A DNA stretch of 52,230 nt from Gammaproteobacteria bacterium (GTDB lineage Bacteria; Pseudomonadota; Gammaproteobacteria; UBA6002). The position numbers and the translations under genes were made by a program. Where the stretch lies: contig JAGVJZ010000049.1 of the NCBI GenBank assembly GCA_020050845.1, positions 1 to 52,230 of the forward strand. The letters are read 5' to 3'. The stretch's first letter is position 1, and the number at the start of each line of letters is the position of its first letter. The notes under the pieces are model-generated. The model saw nothing but the letters and a program-made list of their open reading frames with translations. It searched no databases and had not been told where the DNA came from. Positions 37,274 through 46,052 of this stretch are shown here, in pieces.

Positions 37274-39155
37274 TTGTCATTCCAGCAAAAGCTGGAATGG
37301 AATCCGAGACTACGCTATTCTCTAAAAATAAACGACACCACCATTCAAAACTTAACAAAGACCAAATCAAAAGCCGGTGATTGACCTGACCGCTACAGTG
37401 TTCATCTAAAACCTGCCCCACATACTTCCTAGACAGAAATTCATAGATATTTGCCTTTGGATCGCGAAGTAATTTATTTAAATAATTAATACTATCACCG
37501 CGGAACCAACTAGCGTCGGGAGCAGAAAATCCTTGTTTTTTTCTGGCAGTTATTTGTGGCGGTAATAAATCTCTCATTGCATCACGAAGTATTAACTTGC
37601 CTTCTGAATCGGAGTTAGGTTGAAAGCTATTTCCGGTGATATTCAATTTCATCGAAGGAGGAATTCGCAGTGCAAAATCAACTAAATCATTATCCAAGAA
37701 AGGAACTCGCGTTTCTAATCCATGTGCCATTGATAGTTTATCTTCAACGGTTAATAAGCCGTGCAAAAAGGTTTTTAATTCGAAATATAAAGAGGCATTC
37801 AGATAAGCTTCCCTATTTTGATATTTTAAATCACTGCCTGAAAAAACTGTCTGGAATATTTCGTAAGTATTTTCATGAGACATTTTTTGGAAACAACTTG
37901 GATTGAAAAAGTTAACTTTCTGTTCGTCTTTAATCAAACGTTGCCAGTATTGATAATAGTGATAAAAATAATCATTCATCTGATTAGCTGCATCTGCGCG
38001 GTAATAACGCCAAGGATAACCTGCGAATAATTCATCACCTCCAGTACCTGACAAAGAAACCTTAACGAATTTACTTGCTAGTCGCGCCACATAAAAATTA
38101 GGATAACTTTGTCCAACTCGCAGATCTTCTAGATGCCAGATTAACGATGGTAGGATATGTTCCATATCTCCTGCATGTAGAACCACTTGGTAATGTTCTG
38201 TTTTAAAGGCATTCGCCATGAGCTCCGATTCGGCCCGTTCATCAAAATTTAATTCCATACCAGATGCTGAAGATAAATCAAAGCCACCGGTAAATGTGGT
38301 CAATCTTCTTCCTTGGTTTGCTGCAATTGCAGTGATGGATCCAGAATCCATACCACCGCTTAAATAACTACCGACTGGTACATCTGCAACTAACTGACGC
38401 TTGACTGCCTTGGTAAACAAATGACGAAGTTGTTCTGCTACTTCCTGCTGCGAAGCAGAAATAGACTGACTAAAAGAGAAATCCCAATAGCAACAGATTT
38501 TTGGAGCTATGCGTTCTTGTGTTGGAATTACCATATAGCTACCCGCATTAAGGGTATGGATACTTTTAAAGAGCGTGCGATCAGAAAAAATATTTTGAAA
38601 CGTAAAATATTCATTCAAGGCAGGATGACAAAGTTCTCTGGTGATTCTGGGATGTTGCAAAAGTGCTTTAATTTCAGACCCAAACAGTAATTCATCATTT
38701 TGGTATGACCAATAAAGTGGTTTTATGCCATAGCGATCACGAGCAAGATAAAGTATTTGTAATTGTGAATCCCAAATGGCAACGGCAAACATGCCATTGA
38801 ACTTTTTAAAACAAGCAACGCCCCATTGTGCGAAACTCTTTAAAACGACTTCAGTATCGGATCTAGAAGTGAATTGAACATCGAGCTCTTCTAATTCCTT
38901 TCTTAACTCTAAAAAATTATAAACTTCGCCGTTATAAGAAATAACAAATCGTTGATCGGCAGTTTTCATCGGTTGCTGGGCAGCTAAAGACAAATCTAAA
39001 ATTGCTAAACGCCGGTGACCTAAGCCAATAGAACCTGACAGAAAAATGCCTTCACCATCGGGTCCTCGGTGCGCTATTGCATCAGTCATTTTTTGCAAAA
39101 TATTCGCGTTTACTTCTTGATTTTTTTGGTTAAGAATCCCAACGATACCGCACAT
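37236..39155 (-). CDS. AsnB-type glutamine-dependent amidotransferase, paralogue 3 (3' end extended through a REP)
   Basis: Has MCGIVGIL and the PP-loop SGGMDS. The last ~20 codons read through the REP and then antisense into the neighbouring gene. Confidence 0.85.
   Translation of the reverse strand: MCGIVGILNQKNQEVNANILQKMTDAIAHRGPDGEGIFLSGSIGLGHRRLAILDLSLAAQQPMKTADQRFVISYNGEVYNFLELRKELEELDVQFTSRSDTEVVLKSFAQWGVACFKKFNGMFAVAIWDSQLQILYLARDRYGIKPLYWSYQNDELLFGSEIKALLQHPRITRELCHPALNEYFTFQNIFSDRTLFKSIHTLNAGSYMVIPTQERIAPKICCYWDFSFSQSISASQQEVAEQLRHLFTKAVKRQLVADVPVGSYLSGGMDSGSITAIAANQGRRLTTFTGGFDLSSASGMELNFDERAESELMANAFKTEHYQVVLHAGDMEHILPSLIWHLEDLRVGQSYPNFYVARLASKFVKVSLSGTGGDELFAGYPWRYYRADAANQMNDYFYHYYQYWQRLIKDEQKVNFFNPSCFQKMSHENTYEIFQTVFSGSDLKYQNREAYLNASLYFELKTFLHGLLTVEDKLSMAHGLETRVPFLDNDLVDFALRIPPSMKLNITGNSFQPNSDSEGKLILRDAMRDLLPPQITARKKQGFSAPDASWFRGDSINYLNKLLRDPKANIYEFLSRKYVGQVLDEHCSGQVNHRLLIWSLLSFEWWCRLFLENSVVSDSIPAFAGMTTIWHNNPQHNPQ
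37276..37300. repeat. REP hairpin gtcattccagc-aaaa-gctggaatgg
   Basis: A 9-bp perfect stem immediately after the LhgO-like stop. It is translated on the minus strand as IPAFAGMT inside the AsnB-3 ORF. Confidence 0.85.
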
Positions 39156-39157
39156 TA

Positions 39158-40327
39158 CTATGCTTCACACAATGGTATTGCTGTCGTTGTTAAATTTTTT
39201 AAACAAGAAATAACATAATCATAATCGTCTTTGGTCATGCGATTATGTAATGGTAAGGCTAAGGTTGAATGCTCTGCTGCAATTGCAATAGGATATTCTT
39301 CAGAATTGATAGCAAAGCGTTCACGATAATAATTCAGTCCAACAACAGCATGTGTTCCCGGACGAGTTTGGACGCCTCGTTCTAAGAGTTGTTCCATAAT
39401 TTGCGGTGAGGTCAACGCTATCTGCGTAAAATCAATTCGGCAAACATACGCTTGCCAAGCTGGATGATAGCAATCTGCGACTTTGGGTGGCTTAAGCCAG
39501 GCAATACTTTGGAGTGCTGCCTGATAATAACTTGCCCACTGAGCTCGCTCATTGATAAATTTATCTAACTTACTCAATTGCACTAAGCCAACACAAGCTT
39601 GAAGATCAGTCATCCGATAATTAAAGCCTAAGACATTAAAATCGGGTAACAAATAAGGACGGTTTCCTTGGTGTCGTTGTTCTTCCGAAATACTAGCACC
39701 ATGATTTCGCAAACAGTTTATTTTAGCGGCAAGTTCGTCATCTTGAGTGGTCACCATGCCACCCTCACCGGTGGTAATTGTTTTACGAGGATGAAATGAA
39801 AAAGCGCCTGCCACTCCTAAACTTCCGGCATACTGACCTTTATACATTCCTCCCGCGGCGCAGGCGGCATCCTCAACGATCGGTATATCTTTTGCTATGG
39901 TCTTGATGGCATCCATATCTGCACATAAACCAAATAAATGTACGACAATAATAGCTTTAGTTCGCTCTGTAATTTTGCTTCGGATTGTTTCCGCCGTGAT
40001 GTTGTAAGAGTCAGGATCGATATCAGCAAAAATCGGTGTCGCTCCACAATACACAACAATATTTGCAGTAGCGATCCAGGTAAAGGCCGGAACAATGACT
40101 TCATCTCCTGGTCCGATTCCCAATGCCACTAAAATTAAATGTAACGCTGTTGTACAACTCGTGGTCGCAAGAGCATGCTTAACTTGATGTTCTTTTGCAA
40201 AGGAAGTCTCAAACTCTTTGACTTTTGGACCTTGTGTTAACCAACCCGAATGCAAAGTATCTCGCAAGGCGTGCCATTCATCATCACCAGTCTGAGGCAT
40301 AGCAATTGGAATGTTACGCGGTTTCAT
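39158..40327 (-). CDS. DegT/DnrJ/EryC1/StrS-family PLP sugar aminotransferase
   Basis: Has the PLP-lysine motif SFHPRKTITTGEGGM. ATG 40327 (MKPRNIPI) has GGAAGGG upstream and a 14-nt overlap with the epimerase gene. Confidence 0.85.
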   Translation of the reverse strand: MKPRNIPIAMPQTGDDEWHALRDTLHSGWLTQGPKVKEFETSFAKEHQVKHALATTSCTTALHLILVALGIGPGDEVIVPAFTWIATANIVVYCGATPIFADIDPDSYNITAETIRSKITERTKAIIVVHLFGLCADMDAIKTIAKDIPIVEDAACAAGGMYKGQYAGSLGVAGAFSFHPRKTITTGEGGMVTTQDDELAAKINCLRNHGASISEEQRHQGNRPYLLPDFNVLGFNYRMTDLQACVGLVQLSKLDKFINERAQWASYYQAALQSIAWLKPPKVADCYHPAWQAYVCRIDFTQIALTSPQIMEQLLERGVQTRPGTHAVVGLNYYRERFAINSEEYPIAIAAEHSTLALPLHNRMTKDDYDYVISCLKNLTTTAIPLCEA

Positions 40328-41333
40328 GGGAACACCCTTCCAGTCTTTTTTTAGCGACCACACTTTGATGTGATTTACGCCAGTGAATTAATTTTTTTAA
40401 TCCTTGTTCTAAGGAAACATTTGCTTTGAACAGTAATTCTTGCTCTGCCTTTAGAGGGCAACCTACTCGATTCTTCACAAATGTTTGACCACCTGGCTCA
40501 AACTGAATATCTAAATCAGAATTTGTTACCGCTAAGATCTTTTGAGTCAATTGCGCAATGGTAGTCTTTTGTCCTGTGCCGACATTGTAAAAATTGTCAG
40601 TCGTATCTGCCTTCATTGAACAAACGTTGGCTTTAGCACAATCGGTTACGTGGATGAAATCATAAGCTTGAGAACCATCGCCATAGACAATCGGCGGCAA
40701 GCCTTGGTCTAAGCGATCCAAGATTTTCATAATCACCGAGACGTAAGTACCGAGGTAATCTTGGCGCTCTCCATACACGTTCATATAGCGCAAGCCGACA
40801 TAGTCGAAACGCGTAGGCGTATCTTTATAACGATGGTAAAGTGCCCGACACATGTGTTCACCGGCAATCTTGGTCGCACCATAGAAGTTATTGTTATTAT
40901 AGGGATGGTCTTCCTGCATAGGCTCAGTTACCGCATCGCCATAGACTGAAGCCGACGAAGAGTACACCAGACGTTTAACGTTGTTTTTAATACAGGCTTC
41001 CAAAACATTGAAGGTTCCAGCAATATTCACCTCAAAAGCTGAACGTGGAAAATCCCAACAGTGAAGCAACCAAAGCGCAGCAAAATGAAACACTCCGTCG
41101 ATGTTTTTCATCGCCGAGTCAAGAACATCGCGGTGTAAAAGTTCGCCCCCATTAGGAAAAATTTTGACTCGCGGATCTTGTAAAGCTTCCGTTAAATTTT
41201 CTAGACTGCCTCGAGAAAAGTTGTCATAAATGACAATCTCGGCTACATCTTCGCGTAATAACGCATCGACAGTATGCGATCCAATTAGACCCGCACCACC
41301 GATCACCAAAAATCGTTTGCCCCTGATATCCAT
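40314..41333 (-). CDS. extended-SDR NAD-dependent nucleotide-sugar epimerase/dehydratase
   Basis: Has GGAGLIGSH, the catalytic YGATKIAGE (YxxxK) and an LRYMNVYGERQ block resembling UDP-sugar 4-epimerases. Confidence 0.8.
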   Translation of the reverse strand: MDIRGKRFLVIGGAGLIGSHTVDALLREDVAEIVIYDNFSRGSLENLTEALQDPRVKIFPNGGELLHRDVLDSAMKNIDGVFHFAALWLLHCWDFPRSAFEVNIAGTFNVLEACIKNNVKRLVYSSSASVYGDAVTEPMQEDHPYNNNNFYGATKIAGEHMCRALYHRYKDTPTRFDYVGLRYMNVYGERQDYLGTYVSVIMKILDRLDQGLPPIVYGDGSQAYDFIHVTDCAKANVCSMKADTTDNFYNVGTGQKTTIAQLTQKILAVTNSDLDIQFEPGGQTFVKNRVGCPLKAEQELLFKANVSLEQGLKKLIHWRKSHQSVVAKKRLEGCSHETA

Positions 41334-41415
41334 GACAGCCTCATCAGTTTAGGAAAAAAGGTATGATACCGACAACGGAATATATAAGCTAGGGATCAAC
41401 TTTCATGCTGGGACT

Positions 41416-41484
41416 GTGCCCGCGTGCGTTGTCCGGGCCCGGAAAAAAATCGGGCACGGGAACGCACGCGGGCGCGGGCACGAA
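41416..41484. repeat. GTGCCCG-heptamer palindromic element, near-complete copy
   Basis: Sequence is gtgcccgcgtgcgttgtccgggcccg-gaaaaaaat-cgggcacgggaacgcacgcgggcgcgggcacgaa. Confidence 0.85.
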
Positions 41485-41520
41485 GGTGGGGAGAAAAAGG
41501 TGATTATTTTGAGAAATATT

Positions 41521-41841
41521 CTACTCTCGAATACTTAACTCAAGATCGATTTTGTCTTTATATTTATCATATTCTGAAGCAAAGTGTCGTAGCTCTTGGT
41601 AGGAAATTTGTCGGTATTCTTGGAGGATAATTTGATCGCTGGGGATAGCAAGAAATCGAAACATAATGTGGAAGACATTGCCATCGTTATCGTCCTGCTC
41701 GATGGACACTTCAATTTCTCCCCCTAAATGAGGACGCGTGATTTCAGGAAAGCCTGCTTGAAATTGCATGACTTTAATAAATCGAATCGCTTTTTCAATC
41801 TCTTCAGCGAAAGTTGGAGGATAAAATTTACGAAACGCCAT
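41521..41841 (-). CDS. hypothetical 106-aa protein (orphan), bracketed by heptamer palindromes
   Basis: A clean ORF starting at ATG with no recognisable motif. It is the only gene in the 650-bp gap between wbpD and the epimerase gene. Confidence 0.5.
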   Translation of the reverse strand: MAFRKFYPPTFAEEIEKAIRFIKVMQFQAGFPEITRPHLGGEIEVSIEQDDNDGNVFHIMFRFLAIPSDQIILQEYRQISYQELRHFASEYDKYKDKIDLELSIRE

Positions 41842-41918
41842 ACCACTAAGAGCCCCAGTGTTTAGTTAAAGTATAGCAATAGAGGCTGGATATTGTCGGG
41901 GGTCATTTGTCAATTTTT

Positions 41919-41974
41919 CGTGCCCGTGCCCGCGTGCGTGCCCGTGCCCGAAAATAAAACGGGCATGGGCACGC
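41919..41974. repeat. GTGCCCG-heptamer palindromic element (full left arm, short right arm)
   Basis: Sequence is cgtgcccgtgcccgcgtgcgtgcccgtgcccg-aaaataaaa-cgggcatgggcacgc. Confidence 0.85.
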
Positions 41975-41985
41975 AAGTTGGGCAA

Positions 41986-42579
41986 TTATACTGCCTCTGT
42001 CGTTTCAAGCAGAAGACTGTTCCCAACTAGCCGGTATCTATCTTGAGTGCGAGCACAGATCGTGACGACTTCTCCACGTAGCGGTAGATCAAGCCGCTCT
42101 CCGTAGCGACTCATCCATCCTATCTGCCTAGCAGGAACGCCAACCATTAAGGCGAAATCTGGAACATTTTTGGTCACTACACTACCAGCACCAATAAAGG
42201 CATGTCTGCCAACGGTATTGCCACAAACAATGGTACAGTTAGCACCCAGGGTCGCACCACGCTTGATCACAGTGTCTTGATATTCTTGCTTTCGAGCTAT
42301 CGCGGATCTTGGATTATGAACATTGGTGAAGACCATACTTGGGCCACAAAATACATCGTCTTCTAGAGTTACGTTGTCATAAACGGAGACATTATTTTGA
42401 ATTTTAACATTATTACCGATGATGACCTTATTCCCGACATAAACGTTTTGTCCTAGTGAACAATTTTGACCAATTTGAGCACCGCCACTGATATGCACCC
42501 AATGCCAAACTTTTGTGCCCTCTCCAATTGTTGCCCCTTCATCGACAATAGCTGTTTCATGTATAAAATAATTGCTCAC
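41986..42579 (-). CDS. wbpD: UDP-2-acetamido-3-amino-2,3-dideoxy-glucuronate N-acetyltransferase (left-handed beta-helix)
   Basis: Long blocks match WbpD/WlbB as I recall them ([72 protein letters not shown]). GTG 42579 has GAGG 9 nt upstream; the tracked N-terminal extension is rejected. Confidence 0.85.
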   Translation of the reverse strand: MSNYFIHETAIVDEGATIGEGTKVWHWVHISGGAQIGQNCSLGQNVYVGNKVIIGNNVKIQNNVSVYDNVTLEDDVFCGPSMVFTNVHNPRSAIARKQEYQDTVIKRGATLGANCTIVCGNTVGRHAFIGAGSVVTKNVPDFALMVGVPARQIGWMSRYGERLDLPLRGEVVTICARTQDRYRLVGNSLLLETTEAV

Positions 42580-43525
42580 TATATTGTACCTCTTGTGCTG
42601 CCATAATTTTTGCCATAAGTTCGACGACGTTGCGCCCTTGATAACCGCAACTTCGAGGTGTTCTACGCTCCAAGATGCAATCAATGAAATGTTTTAATTC
42701 CAAAGATAAAGGTTGAGTCGGATCTTTAAAGATTATTTCAGAACCATTTTGTACGATAGAAGAATCTTTTTTACCATAATTTTGATGGTAGATAACTTCT
42801 TGAGTTGTCTCATCAAAATGTAAAGCGCCTCTTTCTCCTAGAATCATCAATTGCCGATCTTTGATTGGCCACAACCAATTTAAATGGATATGCGCTTGTT
42901 TACCCGAGCTATATTGCAGATGAACATTCATTTCATCAGCAATATCGGTCGCAATGACTTGTTGCGAGCTAGCAATTATTCGTTGAATGGGTTCCTGAAA
43001 GAAAAAATCAAGCACTGCCAAATCATGAACACCCAGCGAATATAAAACATTTTCTTCTTTACGAATGGTCCCTAAACTTCGCCGAATTTGTCGGATTGAA
43101 AATATTTCTCCTAATTGTTGTTCATCCAAAAAGTTTTTAATAAAGGCAACTCCTGGTTGATACAACAACAGATGACCCACCATCAACACACATTGATTCA
43201 AAGAAGCTAATCTCAAAAGATCTTCTGCTTCAACAACTGTTCTGGTGATTGGTTTTTCGACGAAAAGATCTTTTTTAGCTAATAAGACTTTTTTTGCTAG
43301 TTCGTAGTGCGTAAAAACGGGCGTAGCAATCGCGACCGCATCAATATCTTTTTCTAATAACTCATCGATATCTTGGTAGTAAGGGACATTATATTGATTC
43401 GCAAGCGTTTGGCTTCTTGAGAGATCAGAATCCACAATTGCTGATAAAACTCCAAGCGCTGCAAATGTTTTGATTAAGTTTTGTCCCCACTTCCCTGCTC
43501 CAACAACAGCAATAGTTGGTTGCAT
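42557..43525 (-). CDS. wbpB: Gfo/Idh/MocA oxidoreductase, probable UDP-GlcNAcA 3-dehydrogenase (WbpB/WlbA role)
   Basis: Has a Rossmann N-terminus ([12 protein letters not shown]) and the EKP motif ([10 protein letters not shown]). The functional call rests on its position between wbpA and wbpD. Confidence 0.65.
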   Translation of the reverse strand: MQPTIAVVGAGKWGQNLIKTFAALGVLSAIVDSDLSRSQTLANQYNVPYYQDIDELLEKDIDAVAIATPVFTHYELAKKVLLAKKDLFVEKPITRTVVEAEDLLRLASLNQCVLMVGHLLLYQPGVAFIKNFLDEQQLGEIFSIRQIRRSLGTIRKEENVLYSLGVHDLAVLDFFFQEPIQRIIASSQQVIATDIADEMNVHLQYSSGKQAHIHLNWLWPIKDRQLMILGERGALHFDETTQEVIYHQNYGKKDSSIVQNGSEIIFKDPTQPLSLELKHFIDCILERRTPRSCGYQGRNVVELMAKIMAAQEVQYSEQLFYT

Positions 43526-43546
43526 TCTCAATGTTCTCTCCGAAAG

Positions 43547-44881
43547 TTAAAGAAGAATAATTTTATCGCTCTCAATGCCACGTGTTGCATTTCGAGTATC
43601 TAAAACGAGTGACGCCATTGACACCACTTGCTGATAGTCTACCTCGGTATGATTCGTGGTGATAACGACTAAATCGCTGGCACGAAGCACATCATCAGTA
43701 AGCTTTGTGCTATGAATATCAAATTCTTCAAGGTATGGTATTTTAGGATCATGGTATTGCACTTCCGCCTTAGCATTTTTTAATAACCGATAAACATCTA
43801 AAGCTGGTGATTCGCGATGATCCGTCAAATTGCTTTTATAGGCCACACCCAGCATTAAAATTGAAGCACCATTCAGCGGTTTTTTGACATTATTTAGCGC
43901 CCGGGTAATCTTATCGAAAACAAAGTTAGGCATTTTGCGATTTATTTCTCCAGCTAATGCAATGAAACGCATATCGAAATGATATTCTTTCGCTTTCCAT
44001 TCTAAATAATGTGGGTCAATAGGAATGCAATGACCGCCAACTCCAGGACCCGGGAAGAAAGGCATGATACCAAACGGTTTCGTAAAAGCGGCGTCTAAAA
44101 TTTCCCAGACATTTAGTTTCATTCGATCGCACAAAAGCGCGATCTCATTAGCAAGTGCAATATTGACTGAACGGAAAGTATTTTCATAAATTTTAACCAG
44201 CTCCGCTACCTTAGCGCTACTAACCGGAACGACATCTTTGATAGCGAGTCTATAAAAAGATTCTGCCGCTTTTAAACTGCTCGCATCGACACCACCCACT
44301 ATTTTATTGGTATTGTGAGTGCTATAACGTTTATTGCCAGGATCGACACGTTCAGGCGAATGAGCTAAAAAGAAATCACTTCCAGCCTTTAATCCTGACG
44401 ATTCTAAAATAGGTTGAATAATCTCCTCTGTCGTGCCTGGATAAGTCGTCGATTCCAAACTAACAAGTTGTCCTACTTTTAAATTTTCAGCAATTAAATG
44501 AGAGACAGAAATAACGTAATGAAGATCAGGGCATAAATTTTTATCAAGTGGTGTCGGGACACAAATTACGATGACATCGACTTCCCGCAAAGCTGACATA
44601 TCACTCGTTGCAGTAACTAAACCCTTTGCAACAATATCTTTTAATTCATTATCGTGAACATCTTCAATATAATTTTCACCAATAGCAACTTTGCGTACTC
44701 TTTCCTCATTACGATCAATACCGACAACATGTAGACCCACTTTTGCCTTTTCAACTAAAAAAGGCAGTCCAACATAACCAAGTCCAATAACACCAACTTT
44801 AATCGTTTTATTTTGTATCTTTTCGAGTAATGTTGTTAACGTCGTGTTTAGTGTTTTATTTATAATTTCTTCCTGTAACAC
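43547..44881 (-). CDS. wbpA: UDP-N-acetyl-D-glucosamine 6-dehydrogenase
   Basis: Has VGVIGLGYVGLP and PGPGVGGHCIPIDPHYLEWKAKEY, which is close to the WbpA block as I recall it. GTG start with AAGGAG 7 nt upstream. Confidence 0.85.
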   Translation of the reverse strand: MLQEEIINKTLNTTLTTLLEKIQNKTIKVGVIGLGYVGLPFLVEKAKVGLHVVGIDRNEERVRKVAIGENYIEDVHDNELKDIVAKGLVTATSDMSALREVDVIVICVPTPLDKNLCPDLHYVISVSHLIAENLKVGQLVSLESTTYPGTTEEIIQPILESSGLKAGSDFFLAHSPERVDPGNKRYSTHNTNKIVGGVDASSLKAAESFYRLAIKDVVPVSSAKVAELVKIYENTFRSVNIALANEIALLCDRMKLNVWEILDAAFTKPFGIMPFFPGPGVGGHCIPIDPHYLEWKAKEYHFDMRFIALAGEINRKMPNFVFDKITRALNNVKKPLNGASILMLGVAYKSNLTDHRESPALDVYRLLKNAKAEVQYHDPKIPYLEEFDIHSTKLTDDVLRASDLVVITTNHTEVDYQQVVSMASLVLDTRNATRGIESDKIILL

Positions 44882-44899
44882 AAAAAAGCTCCTTGTTAG

Positions 44900-45928
44900 C
44901 TAATCATCATGAGTCTTAATACCTGCCTTTAATAATAAGCATAAAATCACTAAAGGCAAAATCGCTATAAAAGTAATCGGTAATGTCCACTTCGGAAAAT
45001 ACAAAGTTAATATGGCCAAAGGCAAGAGCCACAAAATATTAATCCATAAAACTCGCATGACAACCTGTTTGTGACAACCCGTTTTTTTTACAGCTTGTTG
45101 AAACGCATGAGTACGATGAGCTAAATACCACGTTTCGCCTCGAATAACTCTAAAAAATAAGGTCAACGTTGCGTCAACCCAAAAACAGCCTAATAGAATC
45201 AGCCATTGCCAAATTGTTAAGCTATTAGAAACACCTGTCGATACTAATAAGACACCAAATACGAATCCTAAAAAACCACTGCCAGTATCACCCATGAACA
45301 CTCTAGCGGGTGACCAATTCCAAACTAAAAATCCTGCCGCTGCTGAACCAAGAAGTAGTATCACCGGTAGATGATAAAAATCACTTTTTAAAATCAGTAA
45401 CAAGGCAACCGCTAACGATACAAAAACCGCTTCACTCGCTGCCAAACCATCAATACCATCCATGAAGTTATAAAGGTTAATCAGCCAAACTAATCCTATG
45501 AGACCAACAACATTGCCTACCATTCCCCAATGCCAAACGCGAAAACCACAATCGAGCGCTGGCATGCCACCTAGAAAATAAATAACACTGCTAGCAGCAA
45601 TAAAATGAAATAAAATTCGCACTTTTACGGGAACATGTTTCCAATCGTCCCACAGACCGACACTCGCTAAGATCAAACCACCCATAGAAAAGGACGATAG
45701 TAACGTACTGTCATAGATACCAAGCCAATGTAAAAAGCTAATACCTACTAAAAAGCTGATCACAATCCCAATACCGCCGGCACTAGGAGTCGGCAATTGA
45801 TGAGAGCTGCGATCATTAGGAATATCAATAATGTGAAAGCGATAAGCAAGACGGCGAAGAGCAGAAACCAAACTAATGGTCATTAAAAATCCAAATACGA
45901 TTATGAGAAATGTAGCATTCTTCATCAT
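44900..45928 (-). CDS. WecA/WbpL-family polyprenyl-phosphate N-acetylhexosamine-1-phosphate transferase (initiating enzyme)
   Basis: A 342 aa polytopic membrane protein with MraY/WecA motifs (IDIPNDRSSH, NFMDGIDGL). Confidence 0.85.
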   Translation of the reverse strand: MMKNATFLIIVFGFLMTISLVSALRRLAYRFHIIDIPNDRSSHQLPTPSAGGIGIVISFLVGISFLHWLGIYDSTLLSSFSMGGLILASVGLWDDWKHVPVKVRILFHFIAASSVIYFLGGMPALDCGFRVWHWGMVGNVVGLIGLVWLINLYNFMDGIDGLAASEAVFVSLAVALLLILKSDFYHLPVILLLGSAAAGFLVWNWSPARVFMGDTGSGFLGFVFGVLLVSTGVSNSLTIWQWLILLGCFWVDATLTLFFRVIRGETWYLAHRTHAFQQAVKKTGCHKQVVMRVLWINILWLLPLAILTLYFPKWTLPITFIAILPLVILCLLLKAGIKTHDD

Positions 45929-45978
45929 GGTAATCGCAGTTTTAAATCCTTAAATCAACAAACGTAGCTGAATCTGCA

Positions 45979-46041
45979 CTTGTCATTCCTGAGCTACGTG
46001 CGGCTAGAAGCATGGATTCTCGCTTGCGCGGGAATGACAAG
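45979..46041. repeat. GTCATTCC-type REP with 11-bp terminal inverted repeats
   Basis: Sequence is cttgtcattcc...(41 nt)...ggaatgacaag. It fills the wbpE-wbpL spacer. Confidence 0.75.
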
Positions 46042-46052
46042 CAGGATCCAGG

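Noticed and set aside
42580-42684. A 35-codon N-terminal extension of the wbpD ORF; likewise the tracked starts 8780 (minD), 50416 (OMT), 50449 (integrase), 47171 (wbpE) and 40363 (DegT)
   Set aside because: The extensions overlap upstream genes or repeats and lack ribosome-binding sites. Internal ATG or GTG starts have good Shine-Dalgarno spacing and match the family N-termini.
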